Assembly: GCA_020184695.1 (NCBI GenBank)
Contig: JAANOX010000269.1
Location: 62,001-126,000, forward strand
From: Histomonas meleagridis 2922-C6/04-290x
Lineage: Eukaryota; Protista; Parabasalia
Reading direction: 5' to 3'
Length of the DNA stretch: 64,000 nt
Shown here: in pieces, positions 8,334-19,080 of the stretch
Numbering within the stretch: position 1 is the first letter of the stretch
How the letters are laid out: each line of letters opens with the position of its first letter
Notes under the pieces: model-generated
The model's input: only the letters and a program-made list of their open reading frames with translations
What the model was told of the DNA's origin: nothing
Databases searched by the model: none
Made by a program: the position numbers and the translations under genes

Positions 8334-11105
8334 ATGGATGCGAAGAAAAATCAAATCAATTTTGATTCAGAATTATTACAATTTGAAGAGGTAAGAGCTG
8401 CAGCATCTAGAGTTGATGAAGTTTTTGAAAAAAATCCATCATTTTTACATCTTAAAAATCAATTTGATAAATCACTTTCATTTTTTTATGATGCATATCA
8501 AAAAAATCAAGAACTCCTTCAGATATCACAAGAAAAAAATGCAGTAATATTAGCTAATTCATATAAAATTTCAACAATTCTTAAAGTTGCACAAACAGAT
8601 TCTGAAACATTAAAAAAGTATAAAAGTGAATATGAAAATGCAAAGTCAGTAATCCAATCTATTCAAGGGTCAGAAAAAAAATCAAGAGAAATTGTAAATA
8701 ATTTACGAGCAACAATAACTACTTTATCAAATCAAATTGGTAGTGGTGATGCTTTTTGTTATGGTGAAGAAGACTCTGTTGGCACAATTATACAAGATGT
8801 CGCAAATTTAAAATCAGAATGTCAAAGCTGTAACAATGAAATTTCAAATATGAAACAAAGCATCGCTGAAAAAAAGAAAGCATTAAATCATAATAAAGAA
8901 GAAATTGAAAAATGTCGTAATTTTTCAGAAAAATATACACAACAAATATCAGAAAATCAATCTCTGATTTCTAAAGCACAGAAGGAAATAAAAGAAAACA
9001 GAAAATCAATTCAAACGTGTGAGCCAGAAATAACCAGTGAGCACAAAACAATAAAAGAAAAATCAAATTTGATCAAAAATCAAGATTTAACAATTTGTCA
9101 GAAAAGAAAGACAAGCATTGAACTTGACCATCAAATTGTTGATGTTTCTCTCAAAGGTAAGCATGCAAAACAAAGTATTGATAATAAAATCAAGCAAAGA
9201 GATCAACTTATTCACTCATCAAAAACAATTAACGATGTTATTGAAAAAGTTAATCGAGACATTGAATTATGTCAAAATGAATTTGACATCTTTACACAAA
9301 AGCTTGATGAAGAAAATTCTTTTATTGAGCAAAACACATCTATTTTACAATCCATTCAAAGTAAATTAGAAAAAACACAGCAAGAAAAGAAGAATCTACA
9401 GATTAAAGTACGTGATTTACAAAATGAATTTAAAAAATTACAAAATGAGAAAACTATTGGAGAAGATCAAAGGACACATAAAATTCGTATCTTATATAAT
9501 TCACAAAAATCATATGAAAATGAGAAACTCGAATTAAAAAACAATAAACTTCAAACAGAAGATATAATTTTAGATGGGAAAAACATTTCACATAATTCCA
9601 AACTCGAAAAAGAATATTTACAAGGACAAAAAGTTAAATTAAAATCATTAGAAAGTGAAATAGAGCGAAAGACACTTGACATTATTCAAATCAATGCGCA
9701 TTCACAATTAGCAACAGATGAAAAGCAAACATATGATGAAAAGAATCATAATGATACAAAATATTTAAAGAAGTTACAAAAGAAAGTTCAAAAACAAAAT
9801 TTATTTGTTGAACAAATTCGCAAAGAGAAAAACGAAATAAAATTAAAACTAAATCAACTTGAAAAAGAAAACAAAGAATTAAATTATCAAATAAAAGATT
9901 TGACACAACAAATCGATGAAATAACACAAAACATAAAAGAAAAAGAAATGAAATCAATTGATAATCATTTTAATTCCAAAAGTATTCGCCAAGAAATATT
10001 ATTTTTAACAACAAGTTCAAATGAACTTAAAGAATTATTATCCAAAACAAATCATTCAATTTCAAGCCTCGAAACACAACATCAATTATTACATCGTGTA
10101 TTACATGAAAATAAAGTCGATTTTGCTAATCAAAAAAAGGAATATATATCAACAATTTCCATACGTAATGTTTTTAATGGGAATTTAATCGATCGGAAGA
10201 AAGAAATACAAAATCTTCATAGCGAAATCATATCATTAATAAACATAATAAAGAAATGTAAATTACAATATGAACAAAAATGTAATGAAATCTCGAAATA
10301 TAATAAAGAAATAAAAGATTTATTAGAACTAAATAAAGAATTACAATTAAAAGTCGAAAAGTTAAATATTATGGAATTAGAACATAAAAATTTGATCAAT
10401 TTAAACAACCAAGAAATATATAAAAACGCAATTTTAATAAAAGAAACTTCTTTGCCAAGAAATATACATCGTTGGGAAATGTTAAAAGCTGTTGATCCTG
10501 AATATGTTAAAAGGCTTCGATACTTATCAAGAATTTATTCGAAAATCGATGTAGCACATAAAAAGTTAATAAAACTAAAAGAAATAAAAAATGATCTTGA
10601 AAAACAACTTGAAAACAAGAAAAAACAAATAATTCCAAATGGTTTTAATGAGTATAAAAACTTTCAAAGGAATATCCAAACGTATAAAAATGATTTAATG
10701 GAAAAAGAAAAGAAAATTCAAGAAATGAATAAAGAAATTGAAGAAAACCAAAAAATTTTAAAGGAAATTAATAATAATAATTATCAAATTAGAGATAAAA
10801 TTACAAAAAGAAAATCAAATTATTTCGGTTTTAAAAATAAAAAAATGACAAAAAATGTTTCATCGAATAACGTAATGTTCTTCATGACTGAACCGGACAT
10901 TATAACACTCGGTGGTGGTTTCACAAATATAAATAACAAAACAGTAAAAAATGAGATCCAAAAAAATGATACATTTGATATTTTCCCTTTAAACGAAATA
11001 TCTGAAAACTCTCCTAGAAAACAAAAAAATAGAAATAGAAAAATTTTGATACCAAAAAGATTAAGTCGTACCTCGTATTCTTCTGAAAGAACTAAAAAAA
11101 ATTAA
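8334..11105 (+). CDS. Long coiled-coil protein, CFAP58-like
   Basis: 923-aa E/K/Q/N-rich coiled coil; RNIHRWEMLKAVDPE resembles the CFAP58 NxHRW...DP motif. Confidence 0.6.
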   Translation: MDAKKNQINFDSELLQFEEVRAAASRVDEVFEKNPSFLHLKNQFDKSLSFFYDAYQKNQELLQISQEKNAVILANSYKISTILKVAQTDSETLKKYKSEYENAKSVIQSIQGSEKKSREIVNNLRATITTLSNQIGSGDAFCYGEEDSVGTIIQDVANLKSECQSCNNEISNMKQSIAEKKKALNHNKEEIEKCRNFSEKYTQQISENQSLISKAQKEIKENRKSIQTCEPEITSEHKTIKEKSNLIKNQDLTICQKRKTSIELDHQIVDVSLKGKHAKQSIDNKIKQRDQLIHSSKTINDVIEKVNRDIELCQNEFDIFTQKLDEENSFIEQNTSILQSIQSKLEKTQQEKKNLQIKVRDLQNEFKKLQNEKTIGEDQRTHKIRILYNSQKSYENEKLELKNNKLQTEDIILDGKNISHNSKLEKEYLQGQKVKLKSLESEIERKTLDIIQINAHSQLATDEKQTYDEKNHNDTKYLKKLQKKVQKQNLFVEQIRKEKNEIKLKLNQLEKENKELNYQIKDLTQQIDEITQNIKEKEMKSIDNHFNSKSIRQEILFLTTSSNELKELLSKTNHSISSLETQHQLLHRVLHENKVDFANQKKEYISTISIRNVFNGNLIDRKKEIQNLHSEIISLINIIKKCKLQYEQKCNEISKYNKEIKDLLELNKELQLKVEKLNIMELEHKNLINLNNQEIYKNAILIKETSLPRNIHRWEMLKAVDPEYVKRLRYLSRIYSKIDVAHKKLIKLKEIKNDLEKQLENKKKQIIPNGFNEYKNFQRNIQTYKNDLMEKEKKIQEMNKEIEENQKILKEINNNNYQIRDKITKRKSNYFGFKNKKMTKNVSSNNVMFFMTEPDIITLGGGFTNINNKTVKNEIQKNDTFDIFPLNEISENSPRKQKNRNRKILIPKRLSRTSYSSERTKKN

Positions 11106-11224
11106 TTTAATAAATGTTTGTATATTATCATTTTATTTATTTTATTTGTTTTTAAAATATCATTAATATGATTTAAATCCTTCTTTATTTATGTAAAATT
11201 CTAAATTAGAAAAAATTAATATTG

Positions 11225-12453
11225 ATGAATAAATTTCTACTATTGAAGAACCTTACATAATTGCATAATATTATTATTCCAAATTAAAATTCCTTCAATT
11301 GGAAGTTATGCATTTCAACATTGCAATGAACTTAAATGTATTTATTTTAAGGTTTATAAAAAACCTGTAATTGGTCAATGTAAATTCTATAACATAGGCA
11401 CACAATATGCTATGACATCAGACGATTATTAAAATAAAACAAATGTTTACTTGCTTATTAAACGTCAAACCAATAGTGGCCAACACACACATTTACAAAA
11501 GTACTACATTCTCTCAATCAATTACATCCAGTCAAAGTAATACTCATTCTCAATCAGATATTTTGATAAATGATAATTCTAAATGTGATCATGAATCTTT
11601 GGTAAACATAGCACATAATACTACTCTTAAATTTACAACAAAAGATTTTGTTTATCAAAGTTATCTTCATGTTGCTCCAGTTGACAAAGCAAATAACATG
11701 GGGAAAATCTTTAGTATTCGACTTAATTTCGCTTCGAATCCATTTTCGCAATCGAATACATTTACAAGATTAAATTCATTTACAATTTCTTTTTCGTTTG
11801 GTTTAATATCAACAAGTTCAATTATTTTTTATAGCTCAAATTTAATTATAGAAACAATGATTCAAAAACATTTTATTTTTGTACTTTTTCATGCCATATG
11901 ATTGATTTAAAGGCAACTTATATTTATACCAACATTGGGGACAAAGCAAATAACATGGTGAAAATGTAGCAACGACTGGAAACAATGAAATTCATCCGTG
12001 TTATAAATTAATAAATTGTATCCATCTTCAGGTGAAAACATCAGAAGTTCTGCATTTTATAGCTGTTAAATTCTTCAATATATTTAAAATAAAGCGTTTT
12101 TTGCATTTCATTTGTTCATACAATATCATTCATGCAAACATTTTCCACTCCAAGCCACCATTGCCTTAATCAAAATGAACAGTTAACACTAAAAGTAACA
12201 GTGTTCATTGCAATAATTCTATGCGGCGCTTGTGTTGTAATAATTATTACAGCAACACTTTTAGCTGCTTTACTGAGAAAAATATTAAAAATAAGAAACA
12301 AAAAATTTTAATATTAAAGAAGAAATAGCAGCTAATGAAGATATAGAAGAACCTCTAAATAAAGTATCAATATATAATGGAGCGAACTTTTCTGATGTTG
12401 CAGTGGATCTATTTGCAGATGACCTCAAAGAGGTTCGATATGCTGCATCATGA
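11225..12453 (+). pseudogene. Degraded BspA-like surface protein (LRR end, SQSN stalk, TM, DPF-like tail)
   Basis: Broken frames read GSYAFQHCNELKCIYFK, STTFSQSITSSQSNTHSQS, GENVATTG, a TM (VFIAIILCGACVVIIITATLLAALLRK) and VDLFADDLKEVRYAAS*. Confidence 0.75.
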
Positions 12454-12933
12454 TGTGATCCGGACACTTTTAAGTAACTTATTCAATACAATATGTATCG
12501 CTTGAGGTTATGTTTTGAAAATCAATCGGTTTTTTCTATTAAATTAAAGTTATCGGTTTATCGGCATATCTCTTTAATCAGAATCGAATATATAGGATTT
12601 TACCACATAAATAAATGAATATTAATAATAATTTTATTTTTTTTATGCAATCAGTGATTAACATTTTTATTGGGATTGTTAAAACATATGTACAAATTCC
12701 AGAAAAAATTTAAGCATATTACTATTTGTATATTGTATAATATTCAATAATGATATGTCTATATGTGTATAATGGGATAGTATGATAAATTTATTGAGAA
12801 TTTGAAAAATTGTGGTTTGGAAATTTGAACCACTGATAAAATGAAAATGTGTAAACACCAGAAATGCATTCAATGGGTTTCTTGAATCATTTGTTCAAAA
12901 AGTGGATTGATCGTAGCAGCGATCTCCCGCCTT

Positions 12934-12941
12934 GGCGGTTA
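12934..12941 (+). promoter_or_regulatory. M3-like motif GGCGGTTA
   Basis: 26 nt upstream of the ATG at 12967. Confidence 0.5.
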
Positions 12942-12966
12942 TCGCTCACAAAACAGAGTCTTCTAA

Positions 12967-15258
12967 ATGGATGGCTTTGCAGACGATTTAAAACAGCTCG
13001 AATCACTTGTTACTTCTGATGGCGATGTCACAAAAGTACTCAAAAATAAGGCTGTAAAAAATGCATTTCGAAAACAAAACAGTATGCTAAATAAATTTTT
13101 ATTTCAACACATTTCAGAAATTTTAGCAATAGCATTCGGAAACCCTGGAGAGGTTGATGGGGAAGCAAGAGAAACAGCAGTATTTTTGTTCACAACTCAA
13201 TCTCCATTATTTTCTTCTCAATTAGCAATGAGTCAAACATTCTTAAAGCAGCTCAACGATTACCTTTCACCAGAAAAAGAAATGACCTTGATTATGACCA
13301 ACACTTTTTGTGCGATTTTCGAGTTTTTGATAAAATCAACAAATGGATTAACTTTAGTATCATATCCAGATAAACATCAATTGATTCCCAAATTAACGAG
13401 ATACATATCATATATTTCAATGTTTGATCTTTTAAAATATTTAACACGAAATCCGTTACAAGAAATATCAAATTTTTTAATTGATTCGAAAGCCACGGCA
13501 TATTTTATTGAAAAAGCACCTTCTAACGATTATTACTATCAACTTTTATCCAACATTGTTACTGCTTCTAAAATGGGTTCACGGTTATTAGATGCGTTTG
13601 AAGATGAGCCCACACTCAAACAACTTCTTGATCATATCTTCCTTATCAAGAGTGGGCCAGCACTTAGGCTTATGCTTGATCTTTGCAAATATTATAATGA
13701 AAAACAAAATACATTTCCATTATTTGTTCATCTTCATAAACATTTTAATGATCTTTGTAGCTTCGTTGTTTCGGACACACCATTCCTCGAATCCAAATCA
13801 ATCGCTATCTCGTTGATCATAATTCACATCAAACGAAACCATTCAACCGCCACAAAAGACGTTACTGACTTCACCTGGAAGTTATTCGACCAATTTATTT
13901 TACGGCCCAGTAACACCTCATTACATCATTCTTTTTATACCTTATTCAAGGAGATATTTTCTATTGATACTTCGATTGTCGAAAAACTTCAGATTCGCGA
14001 AAAAATAATTGATTTATACTCAAAGCGATCAACTTTAAATGCAACGTTTTGGGGATTCTTATATAAAATCATTATCTTAACACATGATTCAGAGTCAACA
14101 CAATTATTTGCACAATACAATAAATTTTATGATGAAATAATTAGACCTTTTAAATTGATACTTAACACACCTTATGGCGGTGACTTACCAAAGGTTTCAT
14201 ATTCCGAATATTCCGAAAATAGTACCGAATTTGATAGTAGTGATTATGAGTATGAATATGTAACTGAAGAAGAAGAAGAAGAACTGAATGACAAATCAAG
14301 CGATGATGAAGACGAAGAAGAAGAAGAGCTTAAGAAACCTTTCCATTGGACATTTGCTTCTTTGATTCCACATTACAACATCTCGAAACCGTTAGACGTC
14401 AAACTTTTGACAACGATACAACGGAACAAACAAATTCAAATTGTCAAGTTCTCTCCAAACGGTCGCTACCTATCGATCATAACCGAAGGTCTACTTGAAG
14501 TATTGAAATTTTCGGACCAATCGGTTAAGTTCAAAACAGCGTTGAATTTGCCGGTTTTGACGATACGCTTTTCAAATGACAGTTCACATCTCATCTGCTG
14601 CTATCGTTCCAAAATCACCATCATAAATCTTCATGACGGATCTATTGAACGAACGTTACAAATCAAGAAATGTAACTACATTGGGTTCTCAAATGATAGT
14701 TCATTAATTACATTAAATTCTAATGGCAATACATCAATATGTGAATTTCCGACATTAACCAAAATATGCTCATTTGAGAACGAAAGTTCAAATTCTACCT
14801 ATACATCATTCTCTAATGACCTCAAATACGTTGCAACTGGTTATGAGAATGGAACAATATATTTGTATGACATTAAACAAAAGTCGTTTCTAAAGAAAAT
14901 ACAACTTCACGAGCATAAGATTAACTCGATAGTATTCACTAACAACTACTTGTTCACCGCATCTGACGAAAGTGTACTTAAGGCATATTCGATCAGCGAA
15001 AACAAACAAAAGATATTACGCGGCCACACGTCGTCAATCTGCGCGCTCGACATAAAGAATGATATTATGGTGTCGGGCTCGAGCGACAGTACAATTAACA
15101 TCACTGACGTCGCAGAGGCGAAGATGGAGTACTCGATCGAGGCGCACGCAAAGCCAATCGTAGACGTCGCGTTCTGCGGAGGAGAAAAGTTAATATTCGC
15201 GTCGGCGGCATGCGACTGCTTGGTGAAGGTGTGGGAAATAGTGCACGTGAAGGAATAG
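12967..15258 (+). CDS. SAPS (SIT4/PP6 regulatory subunit)-like domain, acidic linker, C-terminal WD40 repeats
   Basis: N-terminal KQNSMLNKFLF, RPSNTSLHHSF and FWGFLYKII resemble SAPS landmarks; poly-E/D linker; WD40 motifs such as LRGHTSSICAL...VSGSSDSTI and AHAKPIVDV...KVWE. Confidence 0.7.
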   Translation: MDGFADDLKQLESLVTSDGDVTKVLKNKAVKNAFRKQNSMLNKFLFQHISEILAIAFGNPGEVDGEARETAVFLFTTQSPLFSSQLAMSQTFLKQLNDYLSPEKEMTLIMTNTFCAIFEFLIKSTNGLTLVSYPDKHQLIPKLTRYISYISMFDLLKYLTRNPLQEISNFLIDSKATAYFIEKAPSNDYYYQLLSNIVTASKMGSRLLDAFEDEPTLKQLLDHIFLIKSGPALRLMLDLCKYYNEKQNTFPLFVHLHKHFNDLCSFVVSDTPFLESKSIAISLIIIHIKRNHSTATKDVTDFTWKLFDQFILRPSNTSLHHSFYTLFKEIFSIDTSIVEKLQIREKIIDLYSKRSTLNATFWGFLYKIIILTHDSESTQLFAQYNKFYDEIIRPFKLILNTPYGGDLPKVSYSEYSENSTEFDSSDYEYEYVTEEEEEELNDKSSDDEDEEEEELKKPFHWTFASLIPHYNISKPLDVKLLTTIQRNKQIQIVKFSPNGRYLSIITEGLLEVLKFSDQSVKFKTALNLPVLTIRFSNDSSHLICCYRSKITIINLHDGSIERTLQIKKCNYIGFSNDSSLITLNSNGNTSICEFPTLTKICSFENESSNSTYTSFSNDLKYVATGYENGTIYLYDIKQKSFLKKIQLHEHKINSIVFTNNYLFTASDESVLKAYSISENKQKILRGHTSSICALDIKNDIMVSGSSDSTINITDVAEAKMEYSIEAHAKPIVDVAFCGGEKLIFASAACDCLVKVWEIVHVKE

Positions 15259-15284
15259 AACGTGCGCAAACGGAACTGTGTTTT

Positions 15285-16855
15285 GTTAATTTATTTATTT
15301 ATTAAACTTTAATCATGTTTAGAACGGATTTTGGATGTTGTAAATGATGTGTAATGTGTTTGGATAATAAATGTGCTGATGCAGAGTTGGTGTGGAATTT
15401 GTTTATTTATTAAACTTTAATCATGTTTAGAACGGATTTTGAATGTTGCAAATGATGTGTAATGTATTTGGATGATAAATGTGCTGATGCAGAGTTGGTG
15501 TTGAATTTGTTTATTGTTAAACTTTAATCATGTTTAGAACGGATTTTGGATGTTGCAAATGATGTGTAATGTATTTGGATGATAAATGTGCTGATGCAGA
15601 GTTGGTGTGGAATTTGTTTATTTATTAAACTTTAATCATGTTTAGAACGGTTTTTGGATGTTGCAAATGATGTGTAATGTATTTGGATGATAAATGTGCT
15701 GATGCAGAGTTGGTGTTGAATTTGTTTATTGTTAAACTTTAATCATGTTTAGAACGGATTTTGGATGTTGCAAATGATGTGTAATGTATTTGGATGATAA
15801 ATGTGCTGATGCAGAGTTGGTGTGGAATTTGTTTATTTATTAAACTTTAATCATGTTTAGAACGGATTTTGGATGTTGCAAATGATGTGTAATGTATTTG
15901 GATGATAAATGTGCTGATGCAGAGTTGGTGTTGAATTTGTTTATTGTTAAACTTTAATCATGTTTAGAACGGATTTTGGATGTTGCAAATGATGTGTAAT
16001 GTATTTGGATGATAAATGTGCTGATGCAGAGTTGGTGTGGAATTTGTTTATTTATTAAACTTTAATCATGTTTAGAACGGTTTTTGGATGTTGCAAATGA
16101 TGTGTACTGTATTTGGATGATAAATGTGCTGATGCAGAGTTGGTGTTGAATTTGTTTATTGATAAACTTGAATCATGGATAGAACGGACAGTGGAGGGTG
16201 CAAATGATGTGTAATGTATTTGGATGATAAATGTGCTGATGCAGAGTTGGTGTGGAATTTGTTTATTTATTAAACTTTAATCATGTTTAGAACGGATTTT
16301 TGGATGTTGCAAATGATGTGTAATGTATTTGGATGATAAATGTGCTGATGCAGAGTTGGTGTTGAATTTGTTTATTGTTAAACTTTAATCATGTTTAGAA
16401 CGGATTTTGGATGTTGCAAATGATGTGTAATGTATTTGGATGATAAATGTGCTGATGCAGAGTTGGTGTGGAATTTGTTTATTTATTAAACTTTAATCAT
16501 GTTTAGAACGGATTTTGGATGTTGCAAATGATGTGTAATGTATTTGGATGATAAATGTGCTGATGCAGAGTTGGTGTTGAATTTGTTTATTGTTAAACTT
16601 TAATCATGTTTAGAACGGATTTTGGATGTTGCAAATGATGTGTAATGTATTTGGATGATAAATGTGCTGATGCAGAGTTGGTGTGGAATTTGTTTATTTA
16701 TTAAACTTTAATCATGTTTAGAACGGATTTTGGATGTTGCAAATGATGTGTAATGTATTTGGATGATAAATGTGCTGATGCAGAGTTGGTGTTGAATTTG
16801 TTTATTGTTAAACTTTAATCATGTTTAGAACGGATTTTGGATGTTGCAAATGATG
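15285..16855. repeat. Tandem array of alternating 108/107-bp units (215-bp higher-order dimer), 14 full units plus one partial
   Basis: TTAAACTTT unit starts at 15302, 15410, 15517, 15625, 15732, 15840, 15947, 16055, 16162, 16270, 16378, 16486, 16593, 16701 and 16808. A units end GTGGAATTTGTTTATTTA, B units end GTTGAATTTGTTTATTG. Stops occur in all six frames. Confidence 0.97.
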
Positions 16856-17197
16856 AAATATTTATAAATCAATGATAAATCTTGAGTGGTGGTTTATTAA
16901 ACGATTTATATCATCTCCTAATATATCATATTTATTAAACTTTGTTAAAGTTTGAAATTTAGAGTTACTATAAATCAGAGCTATAATTAGCATAAAATAG
17001 ATTGAAATTATGAATAATCATGCAAGAATACTTAAATATTATAACATATCTTTTTCTATTTATCAATTTCTTTTTATTTATCTTTTTTCATATAAACAAT
17101 AATAAAAATCCATATTTACATTGATCATTATTCGAAATTAACACTTTTATTTACTGAATAAAACTTATATCAAAAGTTTTTTATTTCATAAACAAAA

Positions 17198-18781
17198 TTA
17201 CATTTCTTCATCTTCAGGAGCCTCATCATCCTGCAGTAGACTTAGCACGCGCTTTGCCTTTACCGAAACGCTTATTGGCATTTGGTCAATTATTTCACAG
17301 AGCGCATTCTCGAAACAGTTCTCTTCGACCACAGCTTGAATTCTTTCGAATTCTTGGTTATCCATCAAATGCTTTATCAGTGTTTCCACAATATTTAATG
17401 TCTCAATGAGCGCATCTCGATCAACGTTATCACATTCCGCAATTTCGATAGCATTCTCAAACAACAAAGGACATTTCTCATCAAACACACCTAATATCTC
17501 ATTATCACATTTAATTAATTGGTTAAATAGAAGTAATGCTTCCATTTTAATTCGAATTGAACCTTCGCATATCCGAAAATACATTATGTCAACAATGCCA
17601 AGTTCAAGATACATCTCTACTAAGTTATAGTTTGGATGATATTCGATGGGAAATTCAAGCAAAAGCGTTAGAATTCCACACCATACAATTTGTTCTTGTA
17701 TTGATATGTTGTTTTGAGGATTGTCAATATAATCATGAACATCACTCACAAAGTTTAACCTTAAAAATGTCTCAGTTTCTTGTGGATTATTGGATAATAT
17801 TGATTGAAATATATATAAAATGTTCGCTTTGTCTTCTGATACTAATACTTGATCTGCTACAAGAAGGTTGATGAAGTGAGTATAACAACTATACTTTTTA
17901 AAGAAGTTTGAAAAATAATCAAAATAATTTTCAGAACAATCAATACAACTATAAAGTGATATATGACGAATTGATGGCTCACGTATAAATGTACATTTAA
18001 CAATGTGTTCAAGTATTTCGCTAAGTAACGAGTTATAGGGCAACTGCTTCTTGCTGACCAAAGCCGTTAAAAATTTGAGGCAAAGTTTCTGAAGGCGAAC
18101 GTTATCTTCATCGGTGGCAAATTGACGCGCATCAGGAGAGCAAAGATACGCTTGGAGCTCAGGAAACTCGGCGTTGCTTTTGCCGGTGGATTGTTCATCA
18201 ATAACGTATATAACACATTGGATTGGTGATGCTCTTCTAGAAGGATCTGATGCTAATTGTACTTCTTCAAATTGTTTAAAACAATAAGATTCGCCTTTGG
18301 AGGCAATGTGATGAAGGATCGTAAGAGATTTACATTTGATGTCATCAGGGTTATCTGAAATAAGAATATCACACAATATTGATAATATCTTTTCTTCAAG
18401 AAGATAATCAATAATATCTTCTGAACATGTGAGCTCAGCAAATATTTCAAGGAGAATTGTGAGGTTACTAGGATTTTTGATTTCGATATAACTATATTTG
18501 ATTAAATGAGGGATGAGAAAACCGGGTTCGGAAGCAATAATTCTATGTGCCCCTGGATTTGATTGAATAAACATACTTAGTTCTCCTAATGATTCAATTG
18601 GAAAATCTTCTGCTGAAATGATTTTATGAATTAATAATTGGAAATATTCTGATTCTTCCTTAGTAAGTTGTCCATCTGGTGCGTTAGAGCCTTCAAACCC
18701 AATTTCTTCTTCACTGTGTCTGGTTATAAATATAAATAAATTTTTCCTCCTCTCTTGGTGGGTGTTTATTACTTTCCTCAT
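17198..18781 (-). CDS. Armadillo/HEAT-like helical repeat protein
   Basis: 527-aa ORF with repeating amphipathic helix pattern (LTILLEIFAELT, LTILHHIA, LYIFQSILS, LLLFNQLI). Confidence 0.6.
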   Translation of the reverse strand: MRKVINTHQERRKNLFIFITRHSEEEIGFEGSNAPDGQLTKEESEYFQLLIHKIISAEDFPIESLGELSMFIQSNPGAHRIIASEPGFLIPHLIKYSYIEIKNPSNLTILLEIFAELTCSEDIIDYLLEEKILSILCDILISDNPDDIKCKSLTILHHIASKGESYCFKQFEEVQLASDPSRRASPIQCVIYVIDEQSTGKSNAEFPELQAYLCSPDARQFATDEDNVRLQKLCLKFLTALVSKKQLPYNSLLSEILEHIVKCTFIREPSIRHISLYSCIDCSENYFDYFSNFFKKYSCYTHFINLLVADQVLVSEDKANILYIFQSILSNNPQETETFLRLNFVSDVHDYIDNPQNNISIQEQIVWCGILTLLLEFPIEYHPNYNLVEMYLELGIVDIMYFRICEGSIRIKMEALLLFNQLIKCDNEILGVFDEKCPLLFENAIEIAECDNVDRDALIETLNIVETLIKHLMDNQEFERIQAVVEENCFENALCEIIDQMPISVSVKAKRVLSLLQDDEAPEDEEM

Positions 18782-19080
18782 TGGAAGAACTTTACATCAC
18801 ATGTCATACTAAGTGATATCAAACAGACATAGTCAAAAAGTTGCTTGGGTGAATTTTCTCATTCTTCAAACCTTGTAATATTACTCATAAAAATAGTTAA
18901 TTCATAATAACGACAACAGTAAGTGATCAGTAATTTTCTTTAAAAAAAATTCAAGAAGTCAATCTACAAATTAAAAATTACTTTTCTAAAAATGGTGATT
19001 TAGAAGGTTTGATTTAATTATTTTGTTTAAACCACTTACAAAAAGATATTTGCCAATAATTTTTTTTAAAAAAGTTCATT

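Noticed and set aside
15285-16855. CRISPR array
   Set aside because: Units are near-identical along their whole length with no unique spacers; no cas genes; eukaryotic context.
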